Source: Glaucostegus cemiculus
Lineage: Eukaryota
Assembly: GCA_976551045.1 (NCBI GenBank)
Contig: CDPCPM010000114.1
Span: forward strand, 620,001 to 684,000
Direction: 5' to 3'
DNA: 64,000 nt
Part shown: positions 38,661 to 49,249 of the stretch, piece by piece
Layout: each line of letters starts with the position of its first letter
How positions within the stretch are numbered: position 1 is the stretch's first letter
Notes under the pieces: generated by a model
Databases searched by the model: none
The model's input: only the letters and a program-made list of their open reading frames with translations
What the model was told of the DNA's origin: nothing
Translations under genes and position numbers: made by a program

Positions 38661-38789
38661 GTCCAGGCTCACACACCAAGCATGACTTTTTGCTTGAGAT
38701 ATTGAAGGATAACTGATACCTCTGGTCCAGGCTCACACACCAAGCATGACTTTTTGCTTGAGATATTGAAGGATAACTGATACCTCTGG
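38661..38789. repeat. Perfect tandem duplication, 64-bp unit x2
   Basis: gtccaggctcacacaccaagcatgactttttgcttgagatattgaaggataactgatacctctg at 38661-38724 and 38725-38788, with no mismatches. Confidence 0.97.
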
Positions 38790-39264
38790 AATATTATTAT
38801 AATTTGAATCAATCTTAAGGAATGGGGGGGCAATATAAACAATAAAAGTAATTTAGTTTGATTATCGGGGCCAATGAGGGGAAAAGGCATTTCTATAAAA
38901 TGGGAAAGAGTGTAAGCACGTGAGAAAGAGGGGCAGGGCTAGGCCTTTCAGCCCCTTGGGTCTGCTCCTTAAGATCACGGCAAAATGTTGGACATGTGTA
39001 TTCGGGATTTGCAAGCATTTGACAATAATAAGTCAGGGTACCATTCTGCCATAGTGGAAATGTAATCCACCACTTCAGATGGACTGAAAGGGAGGTGAAT
39101 ATTCCAGTAATAAGGACAAATTGACGCAGCAGCTGACAGGCGCAATAATCAAAAATAGAAAAATGATACAAAGTTTTGATGACGTACAGAATTCCTGACA
39201 ATCAAGCTTTGAAAAACACAGGTCATTACGTATCAAAGACCTACTGGATCAGTACTCCGGGGGT

Positions 39265-39560
39265 TTGAACTAGTAATATAGACGATGAGAGTTCAAATCC
39301 CCCTGTAGCAATTGGAAATTTTACGTTTGAAAAATCTGCAGGTGGAATGTTTCCATCAGTACATGCGACATGAAGTTGCCGGATTGCCGCTAAAATCCAA
39401 TTGGTTCAAAAATGTATTTTTTTATTAAAAAGAAACACGCGTCCTTACTTTATCCGGCCTATACGTTACTGCACTCCCACACAAAACTGGTTGACTGTAA
39501 ACTGTTCTCTGAGGTGCCCTTACAGGGCATTCAGTTGCATTCAAACCACTGTTGTTTCAG
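39265..39560 (+). mobile_element. Old SINE (same family as 19280-19600)
   Basis: Head 'actagtaat...gagttcaaatccc' (B-box-like GTTCAAATC); body 'gtccttactttatccggcctatacgttactgcactcccacac...tggttgactgtaaactg'. Confidence 0.65.
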
Positions 39561-40629
39561 AAACAGCCACTGCGACCTTCTCGGGACAACAACCTTTCAG
39601 GGAATGGATACAGCCCGAAAATTAGACACGTATAGCTTTTCCGTGGCGCAGCACTAAAATGGTAAATTGGAAAAAAGATAATGTGCATTCATGTAAGATA
39701 TTAATAGATAAGACGTGCTGGAAATACTCGACATTTCGCCAGTATTCTAGGGTTGCCAGCTTTTGGATGACTGGACTCGACAAATAAATCAGTAAAATAT
39801 AACCCATAAACTAATTTATCGTGTTTATTTGTGCAGCGTGCCCCCTTGATGTGATTTTTAAAAATCGGTTTCCAAAGGGTTGAGACAGAGCGTTAGAAAC
39901 TTGAGCTCAAGTTGTGGGCGACTCGGCTGGTGAATGGGCAGCCGCGTTCACGTGACTCTATTTTGTTTCGCTTTATTGCAGCTAATTTATTTCCCGAGGC
40001 CACATTCTTGAAGGCAGGAAGTAGCAGTCAGGCCCGAGACTCCTCTGTTCGAAGATAATCCTGGTGGAGGCTGTTGTTGCAAAAGACAAGCGGCGCTAGA
40101 ACTTCAGAGATTAGCCCGACAGGCTGCTAATCTTTTTTAACTGGGTGGGGAGCTGGGAGGTCGCGGCTTTTCGCTGCAGCACCATTGCACGAGCTGGTTT
40201 ATCCAGGCGTTTTTGAGACGCGGCCGTAATGCCCCAGCTTTCTTTCGCTAGAATACAATTTTTTTGCATACCGTTTCATTTTTCCACGCATACAAACTAA
40301 CGTATCAAAGGTGAAGGGGCCATTGTGAGAACATCAGTACTCACTCAAGTTGGATTAAAAAAAAACTCGTGTTATTTGAACTGAACTGAACAATTGTCGG
40401 GGGGGGGGGGGGTCAGGAAAAGACCGGTTTCGCTATTCTGACTGGTGAATGATGTTAGCAGAGCCTCAAATGGTAGCTGTGTGTGGGAGGCATACTTCGG
40501 TCGACGATCGCCCAACGAATCCATCAAATGCACAGGAGTCATAAACGGAGGGTTATATTCCTCCAGCGAAACTTAAGATCTGGATTCTGGACTTGCCTGG
40601 CTGAAGCGTTTTCCTCAGTGATCCTGGAG

Positions 40630-40698
40630 ATGGAGGACTCGCAAGCAGTCCATCGAGGCCGTGCAAGTACGGCGGGGAAGCTTCGCAGGAAGAACAAG
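40630..40698 (+). CDS. Candidate alternative first coding exon, MEDSQAVHRGRASTAGKLRRKNK (phase 0); host gene unidentified
   Basis: ATG in strong context (GAGATGG), 23 open codons rich in G/C third positions, ending at AAG|GTGACA inside a CpG-rich block. No downstream exon identified in the window. Confidence 0.4.
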
Positions 40699-41019
40699 GT
40701 GACATGACCTGTACTATGTTCTCATACACAAGCTATTCCGATTGCACCTTCAACCACTTGTACAAAAAGTTCCATTAAGCACGTCGAGGAAATGTTAATG
40801 TCGCATTACAGATATCAGGTTGAGGACACGGCTAAATCCATATGCCATCTGAAGTCACTTTTACTAAATTGTAAGACTTAGCGAAAATAACGTTTAGCAT
40901 GTTTTGAGTGGGAAACGTGACCCTGGCTATAAATTTGAAGGTCTTGCAAGCACTCGTAACATTTTCTCCAACTAATTACTGGAAAAAGAAGCCATTGTCT
41001 TTAGTCCCCACTATTAACT

Positions 41020-41660
41020 CTATTCTCTTGGCACTGACCTCACCCCTCTTCCTGGTCATTGTCCGAGGCTGAAACAAACTACTCACAGCCTTGATGTCCT
41101 ACTTGACCCTGAGCTTCAAACCTTTTTTTACTTATCACTGAAACCAGCTACTTCCACCTCCATAACATTGCCTGATCTAACCTCTGCCTCAACTCGCTTC
41201 CTTTGGGAAACGCTATTACCTTTATTGTCTTGAGATTCAAATAACTCCAAGCCGGCCTTCCACCTGCCCTTATCTAAGATGGTTTGTTATCGATATACTA
41301 ATTCTCAAGTCACTTTCATCCTTTCCTTGCTGACATTTGGTTTCTATTCTAGCAAAGCCTGGAATTTAAAGTCATTATCCTTGTTTTCAAAGCGTTCCTA
41401 AACCTCATTCCATCCCATTTCTAATCTCTTCCCAGTCCTAGAACCTCTGAAATCTTAATTCCTGGCCTCATGCACATGCCACATTCCATTTCCCCGCCAT
41501 TAATTCCGTAAATTGATTGGAATAACGTTACCCATTTTTTCATATCTCTAGCTCTTCTCTTTTTAAGATCGCTCTAAAAGCATAACTCTTTGTCCAAAAT
41601 GTCCTTGTGTAGTTTGCTATTAAACTTTGATAATCCTTCAGCTAGACCCTAAAATGTTTT
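41020..41660 (+). mobile_element. Decayed L2 LINE 3' portion
   Basis: 'tacttccacctccataacattgcc' (YFHLHNIA, compare L2 'FHLRNI') and 'gaatttaaagtcattatccttgttttcaaagcg' (compare 'FKILxLxFKAL'); the tail resumes after the insertion at 41850. Confidence 0.7.
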
Positions 41661-41849
41661 CAGAAACACAGGAAATTCTGCAGATGCTGGAATCTGGAGC
41701 AATACACAAAAAGTGCTGGAGGAACTCAGCAGGTCAGGATATTCCTGTCCAGTCCTGATAAAGGGTCCCGACCCGAAACGTCGACTGTTTATTTCCCTCC
41801 ATGGATGCTGGCTGACCTGCTGAGTTCCTCTAGCACTTTTTGTGTATTG
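41661..41849. mobile_element. 189-bp Penelope-type unit: inverted repeats around a minimal hammerhead motif, with putative TSD
   Basis: The arms 41699-41737 and 41812-41850 are reverse complements with 1 mismatch. The centre reads CAGTC-CTGATAA-A-GGGTC-CC-GACCC-GAAA-CG-TC-GACTG (41750-41787). It is flanked by ccctaaaatgtttt / ccctgagatgtttt. Confidence 0.88.
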
Positions 41850-44800
41850 CCCTGAGATGTTTTAATATGTGCAAATTGATGTAAGGGACCAACCTCGGTT
41901 CATTATCTCATAACACTAACAGCATAACAGAAGGAAGAAAAACATTTCTAAACTGACCTTTGTTGTTCAGTTGCAATCTGACGCATTTTTGGACGGTACT
42001 CATTACAATCTTTGGATTAGTTCAGTAAAGCAGCTAATGAGCACGACCCATATTTGCCATCTTGATTTTTATTTAATTATAAAGGTTATTGTTGAATGTC
42101 AACATTTGATAATTTTGGTTTTTTCCCCAAGAGTGCATTCATTCATTATATATGTATGTATGTATGTATACACGAAGTAACAGGTTTATGATTCTATGCA
42201 AAATAGTCAGTATCGTACTGTGCCGGTGGTATACTTATTTCATGCCTGACAAATGATAGGACGGAAAACTCTCCTGACCTAGTGGGAAAGGCGTCTCACA
42301 CGTTAAGCAGTTCTGAAGCATTTCTCCTTGCAATCCCGTGGCTGTCTGTTGCGTTGGTTGCATAGGAGGTATTGCGCCTCTGCCCTTGGTGGGATCCCTG
42401 TAAGCAGGAGGTGAGACGCAGAGCGCTGTAACTGATCTCTATTCATCAGTTTCCGTCTGAGACATCGCTCAGCTCTGGGGTCACCCGGGGCAGGGGAGTG
42501 GTAAACTAAGCCGAAACGGATAATTAATCTGCATCAGAGCTGCTGGCGGCTGACACGACTCCGGCATCACTAGGCTTTTTCCAATCCATTCTTAATAGCA
42601 AGCACCACGGCATCTATAGAATTCTGCGCGTTTATTTTCGGTATAAAAGCAGCCATTATAATCAGAAATGAGTGATAAAATCTTTAGGGTTAGGTGTGGA
42701 ATGCGAGATGTACGTTCGTAAATATATGGATTAGAGAACTACTGAAGCATACCGCGGGTTTCTGATGCGAAATCCTTCATTCTTTAATGAACTGAAAGCG
42801 GTAGATTGGATACATTGTATTTCGGGCAGCGTGGGCAAGGATTGGAAATCACACATCTTTGAGAAGCAAACTAAACCCTGGATTTGGTGAATCCCTCTGG
42901 CGACATTTCTGGTGACCATTTTGCAACTTTAGCAACTTCTGCAAAATGTTATAGCCTTTAAACGATAAACAAGTCGAACTGCAAAGAATAGGATTTTTTG
43001 TCCAATCGCCGTCCCATGATAATGAGTCCACGTAAAGTTCTACAATAATAAAAAATGCCGCAGCGCGCAGTCTTAATCGCATCTCGACTCTTTGGAATTG
43101 AACACACATTGACTCTTAGGACTTCATTAGTTCAGTAGAAGGTACAGAAGCTTACAGCAATTGCGTTAGTTAGGAGACATTCTTCTTATCATTGACGACG
43201 TCTCGACATTTTTAATTTATGCAAAGATGAATTATAATAAAGATTCCGGGAACTCTCCAGGTGGATCAAAGATTTCAGATTGCAAACGCTCCCATGAAAC
43301 AAGCTTGCGCTTTGCGTTTATTCTATTGCTTCATCATTGCTGTTTTATGAACACAGTTGAGGAATGTAGAAAGGCATAATTAACTTTGTGCGACGCAGAA
43401 CAGTTACTAGTGGAACCGGCTTATAAGATAGATGTGTCATTAATGAATTCTTCGTGGTAAGAATTTGTTGTCCAATATAAGCATAGGTTTTCAATTCTTT
43501 AGCTCTTCACGCATGAAATTACTGATAATGTTATCAAATACTATTGATAAGTAGAATGGATATAGTAGTTCTAATAATGCTCATCAGTAAAGGAAACTTT
43601 AATATGTAACTTCAGTTTTTATCTTGACTCTATTACCTCTTCAGAAAATGTTAATTCATTTAGGACATAGGTGTAAATGTTCTTTCACTGTTTCACTGAA
43701 ACGTTTGTTATGACGTGTGGTCCAAAGGACTGCTATCAATAGGCTATTCATCAGGGGTGTACGTTTTTATGTAGGACCTATTAATATAGCTTAATGTCCC
43801 ACAGTGCTTCATTTGTGCCATTAAACAAAACTTGATCCTGAGCTAAATAGATATAAGGATATGTGACACAAAAACTTTGGTCCTGTGTTGGAGATTTGTT
43901 TCCAATTTGTCATACTGTTTGGCCAATGGATTCATTGGAAGATAAGATACAAGGTAAAGCTGGGTATCATCAGTATGCATGTGGGAATTGATGATATTAT
44001 TTTGATGATCTCACAGGCTCCATTTAAATAAGAAATAGGACAGAGCCAAGTATTGTCCTTTTGGCACTCCAGAATTTGAAGGAGAGCCAATGCCATGATT
44101 GGATATCTAGGAATGAAACTAATGAGGGCAAAACAACCTCGTATAAGTACAGATGTGAGACATTAGAGGAAGATAATGTGATCGACCATGTTAAAGTCTC
44201 AGGAAAAATAATTTACCAAAACAGTTCCAGCCTCAAAGGGTGTTATTTGTAACTTTAAAAGTGTTTCAGTTCTGTGTGGGTGGAAGTTTGATTGGGGGAG
44301 GGGAGGGTTGGTGCAGGATATTCAAGCTGAGATAAATGGAAAAGATGGACATGATAATTGAAAGCATTACATGTGAGCTTAATTTTGTTTGCAAATACAC
44401 GTCAATAGGCATCATTGAATAGTGATCAAAACAGAAGCTAAGGGTGAATTGTTGCATCTCTAACCAGCAAAGATCATGGTCTATTACAACATTGTGTGGT
44501 TTATGATATTGACATGATACTGAAGAAGCACAGAACGTGTATTTATAATTTAAATCTTCATCTGGTTGTGTTTTTGGAACTTGATATTCCAGTTCCCTAA
44601 TGTACGGTCACCTTTAGTCTGATTAGGAAGATTTAACTGGCCTTATTATTATTGTAATTTGTTATCACCTGTTAACATTTTTCTTAGGGCATAGTAGATC
44701 TTTTTGCATTTAGATTCTGTTTGTTCATGCAGATTACATGTTTGTTCATGGTGGCACAACATGGTGGGCTGAAGGGCCTGTATTGTGCTGTATTGTTCTA

Positions 44801-45367
44801 TTACTTCAATGATGTTAACTTTTTCATTCTGCGTCTCCACCACAACCAGTGAAAGCCCCCAACCAAGAATTGCCATCCTTGATCGTTAGTTAATTGTCTC
44901 CTTTGTATTTGACTCAAAATGTGAGCTGGCACAGTGAGTTAGTAGTTTATTCACTTATGGGAAATCACAGAACCTAAGCCCTGTGCATACCGTAGAAGTG
45001 CATATTTCAGCAATATAATCAAAAAGATAATAAGAACAGGACAAGTCTAATAATCCAGGATTCCTCTTCTTGTGTGTCAGTTTCCAGCTGATCTCAACCT
45101 TGTTTGCTGTCAATCAATGCTGCACTTGAACTGACTATTATAACTTGTGGTTGACATTCCTAGTTATTCAGGTGTTACATCAGCCTCTAAATTTTGGAAG
45201 AATTCTTGGTCTCACCTAGCTAATATACATAGAGTCATATTTGAATATCTCATGACTATTATGTTCACTAATACGCAGTGTTTGCAATTAAAATTGGTGA
45301 GCATACAGAAAATATAATAATTGAATGTAAAATGAATTTGAGGCCATTGATAATTTTTCTGTAATGG

Positions 45368-45965
45368 AACAAAACAGAAAAAATGCAAGCAGCATCTGTA
45401 GGGAGAGGAAATTTCAGGGTGAAGCTCTTTAATCAGAGCAGAGAAAAGATGTAGACACATGAGGTTGCAAATTCTGGAATCTGGAGCAACAAACAATCTG
45501 CTGGGGGAACTCAGCATCTGGATGCAGAGTTTTGCCCTGAATCATCGACAATTCCTTAGACCCCCTCCCCCCACAGATGCTGCTAACCTTGAGATCCTAC
45601 AGCAGATTGTATGTTATAAGATGTAGTAACCTATCCACGGCCAGATAAGCCATGATCTTATTGAATGGTGGAGCAGGCTGGATGGGCCAGATGGCCTACT
45701 CCTGTTCCTATTTGTTATGTTCAGCTCCTTTTGCCTTTTTGCTCCTGAGCTCCATCCTATCACAAATTTAGTTTTGTGTCCCCTTTGCTCCTCCCCTCTT
45801 TCTCTTTGGCTTAAGGTTTTTTTTTACCTTTAACTTTTTTCCAGTTCTGATGAAAAGCTGTCAAACTGCAATGTTAACTCTTTGCTCTGCTTACAAACAC
45901 TGCTTAACCAACTGAGTATGTTTGGCATATTTTTAGCTCAGATTTCCAGCAACTGCAGATTTTTT
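45368..45965. repeat. Cluster of Penelope-type terminal repeats plus a CR1 3' tail
   Basis: Units lie at ~45368-45440, ~45460-45615 (inverted pair 'ctggagcaacaaacaatctgctg' / 'agcagattgtatgtt') and 45841-45960 (agtt-ctgatga...gttaact). A CR1 tail 'ccatgatcttattgaatggtggagcagg...ggcctactcctg' lies at 45645-45720. Confidence 0.7.
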
Positions 45966-46440
45966 TTCTTTTTGTAATGGATGTATTTGGCACCTACAAA
46001 CTGCTGAGAAATAACATGATGATGATGATTTTAAGTCAGCTGTAGAGCATGATGCATGTAGATTGACAGTGGGAATACTTGTCAGTGAAACTATGCTGGT
46101 AAAGAAGTTTCAGACACAAATTTAAAAATGCCATCATACTGGCCACTTGCTCTGCAGTTGATTATGCATGAAACCGTTAAAGAAAGACAATGCTATAAAT
46201 TATATATAAGTTTTGTATCTTGTAATAATATCAGTGTGGGTTCATCTTCTTAACACACAAAAGACAGATAGAAAAATGTGATCTTTAGTTTTGTGAAAAT
46301 CTGCTTAACTGATAATTGAAAATCTATATAAATCTATGAATATAGGTATGGAATTAGATAATAACACATGCAGGTCAGTCAACATTTATTGAGTTGATAG
46401 AAAGGGGGGAAGTTGACATTGAGAGCAGGCATGGTGGTGT

Positions 46441-46732
46441 TGAGGGCAGGCACGGTAGTGTAGCGGCTAGCATAATGCTATTACAGTGCCAGCGACCCAG
46501 GTTCAATTCCCGCCACTGTCTGTAAGGAGTTTGTACATTCTCCCCGTGTGTCTGTGTGGGTTTCCTCTGGGTGCTCCGGCTTCCTCCCACATATGGGTTA
46601 GGAAGTTGTGGGCATGCTCTGTTGGCACTGGAAGCATGGCGACACTTGCGGGCTGCCCCCCAGAACACTTTATGCAAAAAGATGTATTTCACCGTGTGTT
46701 TTGATGTACATGTGACTAATAAAGGTATCTCT
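46441..46732 (+). mobile_element. tRNA-derived V-domain SINE (HE1-like), near full length
   Basis: tRNA-like head 'ggcacggtagtgtagcggctagc...ggttcaattcc' with A and B boxes; V-domain 'gtgtgggtttcctctgggtgctccggcttcctcccaca'; 3' tail 'gatgtacatgtgactaataaag'. Confidence 0.92.
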
Positions 46733-47528
46733 AATCCCTACAGTTACAATGAATGCAACAAATGACACATTGCCAAATTTATGGGCTACACTCAAATGTT
46801 TGAATTCTTTGAATTCATTTGCTTTATTCCTCCATCTATTATAATCATTATTGTTGTTTCCCATTTCTTCTCAATCAAATGTCAAGTGCACTTAGTGAGG
46901 TGATGTGGCTAGGACATTTTGCCTTCTGCTGCTCCCATCTGGAGTGATCAGCAATACTGTTTTCTTTCTTATTGCACACCTACATGCCTAGTTGTTGAGT
47001 AAAACAAGGATTAGCTGTGATCAAAAATAATATCATCTGAAATCTTTGTTTTTCAATTGTGTGGATTCATTCCATTAGTTTTCTGGCCATTCCAAGGTGA
47101 ATGTTGCAATTACCACTTGTGCAGGAGTTGTAGATTCAGAAGGGATCACTGGTTATTCAGTTACCTTCATCTTGTTACAGCAATCCTGATTATATTTACA
47201 TGCACATTTGGGCTCTATGGATGGCTTACAAACCCAATCAATGTCTCTGAACCATATAGTTTAGTCATTGTTTAATCATGCGTCTATTAAATTCATGAAT
47301 GTATTCTTCAGGTATCAATGTTACAATTGGAAATTTTGATTGAACAACAACAGCTGGAAGTGTGCAAGTGAATGATGGTGGGGATTTGGATATCATGATC
47401 TCCATACATGATACTCCATCTTGACATCCCCAAGGCCCTTCCACCATCTACGGGGCACCACGCAGGAATGGAAAGGAGTGAAATACCCTCCACGTCTGCG
47501 TGAGTGCAGCTCTGACAACATTCAACAA

Positions 47529-47835
47529 GTTTTTTTCCCCAGAGCGCAGATGCTCAAGACGAGAGGGCATGCCTTTAAGATAATTGGTGGAAAGTATAGG
47601 GGAGATGTCAGAGGGAAGTTTTTCACCCAGAGAGTGGTTGGTGCATGGAATGCACTGCCTGGGGTGGTAGTGGAGGCAGATACGTTGGACAGGTTTAAGA
47701 GATTGTTAGATAAGCACATGGAAGAATGTGGAATAGTAGGATATGAGGGTGGAAATAGTTAGTTTGGGAGATGTTTGTAGGATGGCACAGCTTGATGGGC
47801 CGAAGGGCCTGTTCTGTGCTGTATTGTTCTATGTT
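47529..47835 (+). mobile_element. CR1 3' end inserted after a fragment of the old LINE family (~47240-47528)
   Basis: FFPRAQMLKTRGHAFKIIGGKYRGDVRGKFFTQRVVGAWNALPGVVVEADTLDRFKRLLDKHM; tail 'gggccgaagggcctgttctgtgctgtattgttctatg'. Confidence 0.92.
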
Positions 47836-48809
47836 TGTTCATACTTTGTTAACCTGTCCCACTATCTAGTCTTACCAATGAATAATTGTTACTCATACAT
47901 AATCATAGAGAACAGTAAGCCTATGAGAAATTATATCCCAGTAAGGAGTTCTGTGTCCTCAGAAGAGAACTTCTTGGACAATTAGTGATGGGCAATAAGT
48001 TTGCCGGTAATGTTCACATCCCATGGATGAACAAAACAAAATAACACTTGCACATTTCAACAAAACACTGAGCAGCAGCAGGAAACCCAAATGATTGTTT
48101 TTGTTTCTTAGTCCTGGTGACTCTAATACAAACCTATGACATTTTAGCTGATCAACAATACACTTATTCTTTTAAAAAAGGATTCCTTATGTGTCAACAT
48201 TTCTGGGAAATCCAGTGTTTATTGCCTCTTTTTAGACTGTTGGCTCTTTATCCTCTGTAGCCTATCTTATGTGTTTGATGCAACTTGCTTCTGAGAGTGA
48301 TAAGGAATCAGTTAGTGTGGTCTTAAACTATCATTGCTCAAGTCCAAATTATAATGCATTGATAATATTTTCCTTTTGTACAATGAAAGCATAGACTCTT
48401 GCAAATATATTGTAAGTCATAGCACATTCTATGTAACAAGAATCTACAAAGTGTTTGTTTTCGATAATTCCATGATGCCACTGAGAATTAAGAGTATAAC
48501 TGGCCTGACATGTTGGGTGGATATGCCATCAGTGTTAAACTCCTGTTGTAGTTTTTCAGTTTTCATTGGTGACATTTAACTGCAGTATTTTGACCTGCTG
48601 ACATTACCAGAATCCTTGTTGACACTACAGTTTTTGTACCATTATTAGTCTAGCATAATTGGGAGTTTCCAGTCACTCATTTATAGCCATTATACTTATT
48701 TCAATTAGCTTCCAGTGAAAATCTATGTATGCTGCTGTTCCATTTCAACAGCTTCATGTGATCAGAACAACTGACTTCAACTTTAGTAAATCCAAATATG
48801 CCATTTCAG

Positions 48810-49040
48810 AAGACAGTTTAGAGTCAACCACATTGCTGTGGGTCTTGAGTCAAATGGAAATTAGACTGGGTAAGCATTCTAAATTTCCTTCCGAAAAAAA
48901 TGGAATGTGGTGGTTCCACCTTTATCATTATTTTTACTGGATTTATTTAATTAAATTTAAATGCCACCGTATTTGACCTTGTACCTCTGTATCATTAGTT
49001 CTGGCCTCTGGATTTCTGCTGCAGTAACACAGTATTATAA
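48810..49040 (-). mobile_element. Old SINE (same family as 19280 and 39265), reverse orientation
   Basis: 'cagtttagagtcaaccacattgctgtgggtcttgagtca...agactgggtaag...atttccttcc' is the reverse complement of the family body. Confidence 0.65.
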
Positions 49041-49249
49041 TCAACACATTCACTTGCCACAGGTGAAAATGATGCACAACCCCTATAGGCTGTCATGCTG
49101 CATAGCTGGTTAGCAATCGCTATCTGAACTATATGATGTGAATAGGTGCTGGAAGGCTGCTGGCACGCCCAGGGCTATTTCCAAGCATATCACTTCAGAA
49201 GAGATCAGAGAAAATTAGAATCCAGAAAAGCAGTACGTTCTTCAGAAGC

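Larger units (their letters stand above)
38900..43450. promoter_or_regulatory. CpG-retaining block 4 (two cores, ~39800-40950 and ~42200-43450)
   Basis: Dense CGs; TCACGTGAC E-box at ~39948-39956; poly-G at 40398-40412; donors at 40699, 42411 and 43457. Confidence 0.6.

Noticed and set aside
38661-38789. Direct repeats as a possible CRISPR array
   Set aside because: Two adjacent copies with no spacer, in a vertebrate genome; it is a simple tandem duplication.
31385-40100. CTCF-like strings (gcgggggcgc ~31391, gggtggcgct ~34304, aagcggcgcta ~40088)
   Set aside because: Each matches only the 3' half of the motif; not supportable without PWM scoring or ChIP.
40109-40138. Hairpin agattagc...gctaatct followed by a T-run, resembling a terminator or Pol III end
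   Set aside because: Eukaryotic context, short stem, and no convincing A/B boxes upstream (GTTCGAAGA lacks the B-box final C).
46447-46520. tRNA-like sequence
   Set aside because: It is the head of a SINE; it cannot form a full cloverleaf and runs straight into the V-domain.
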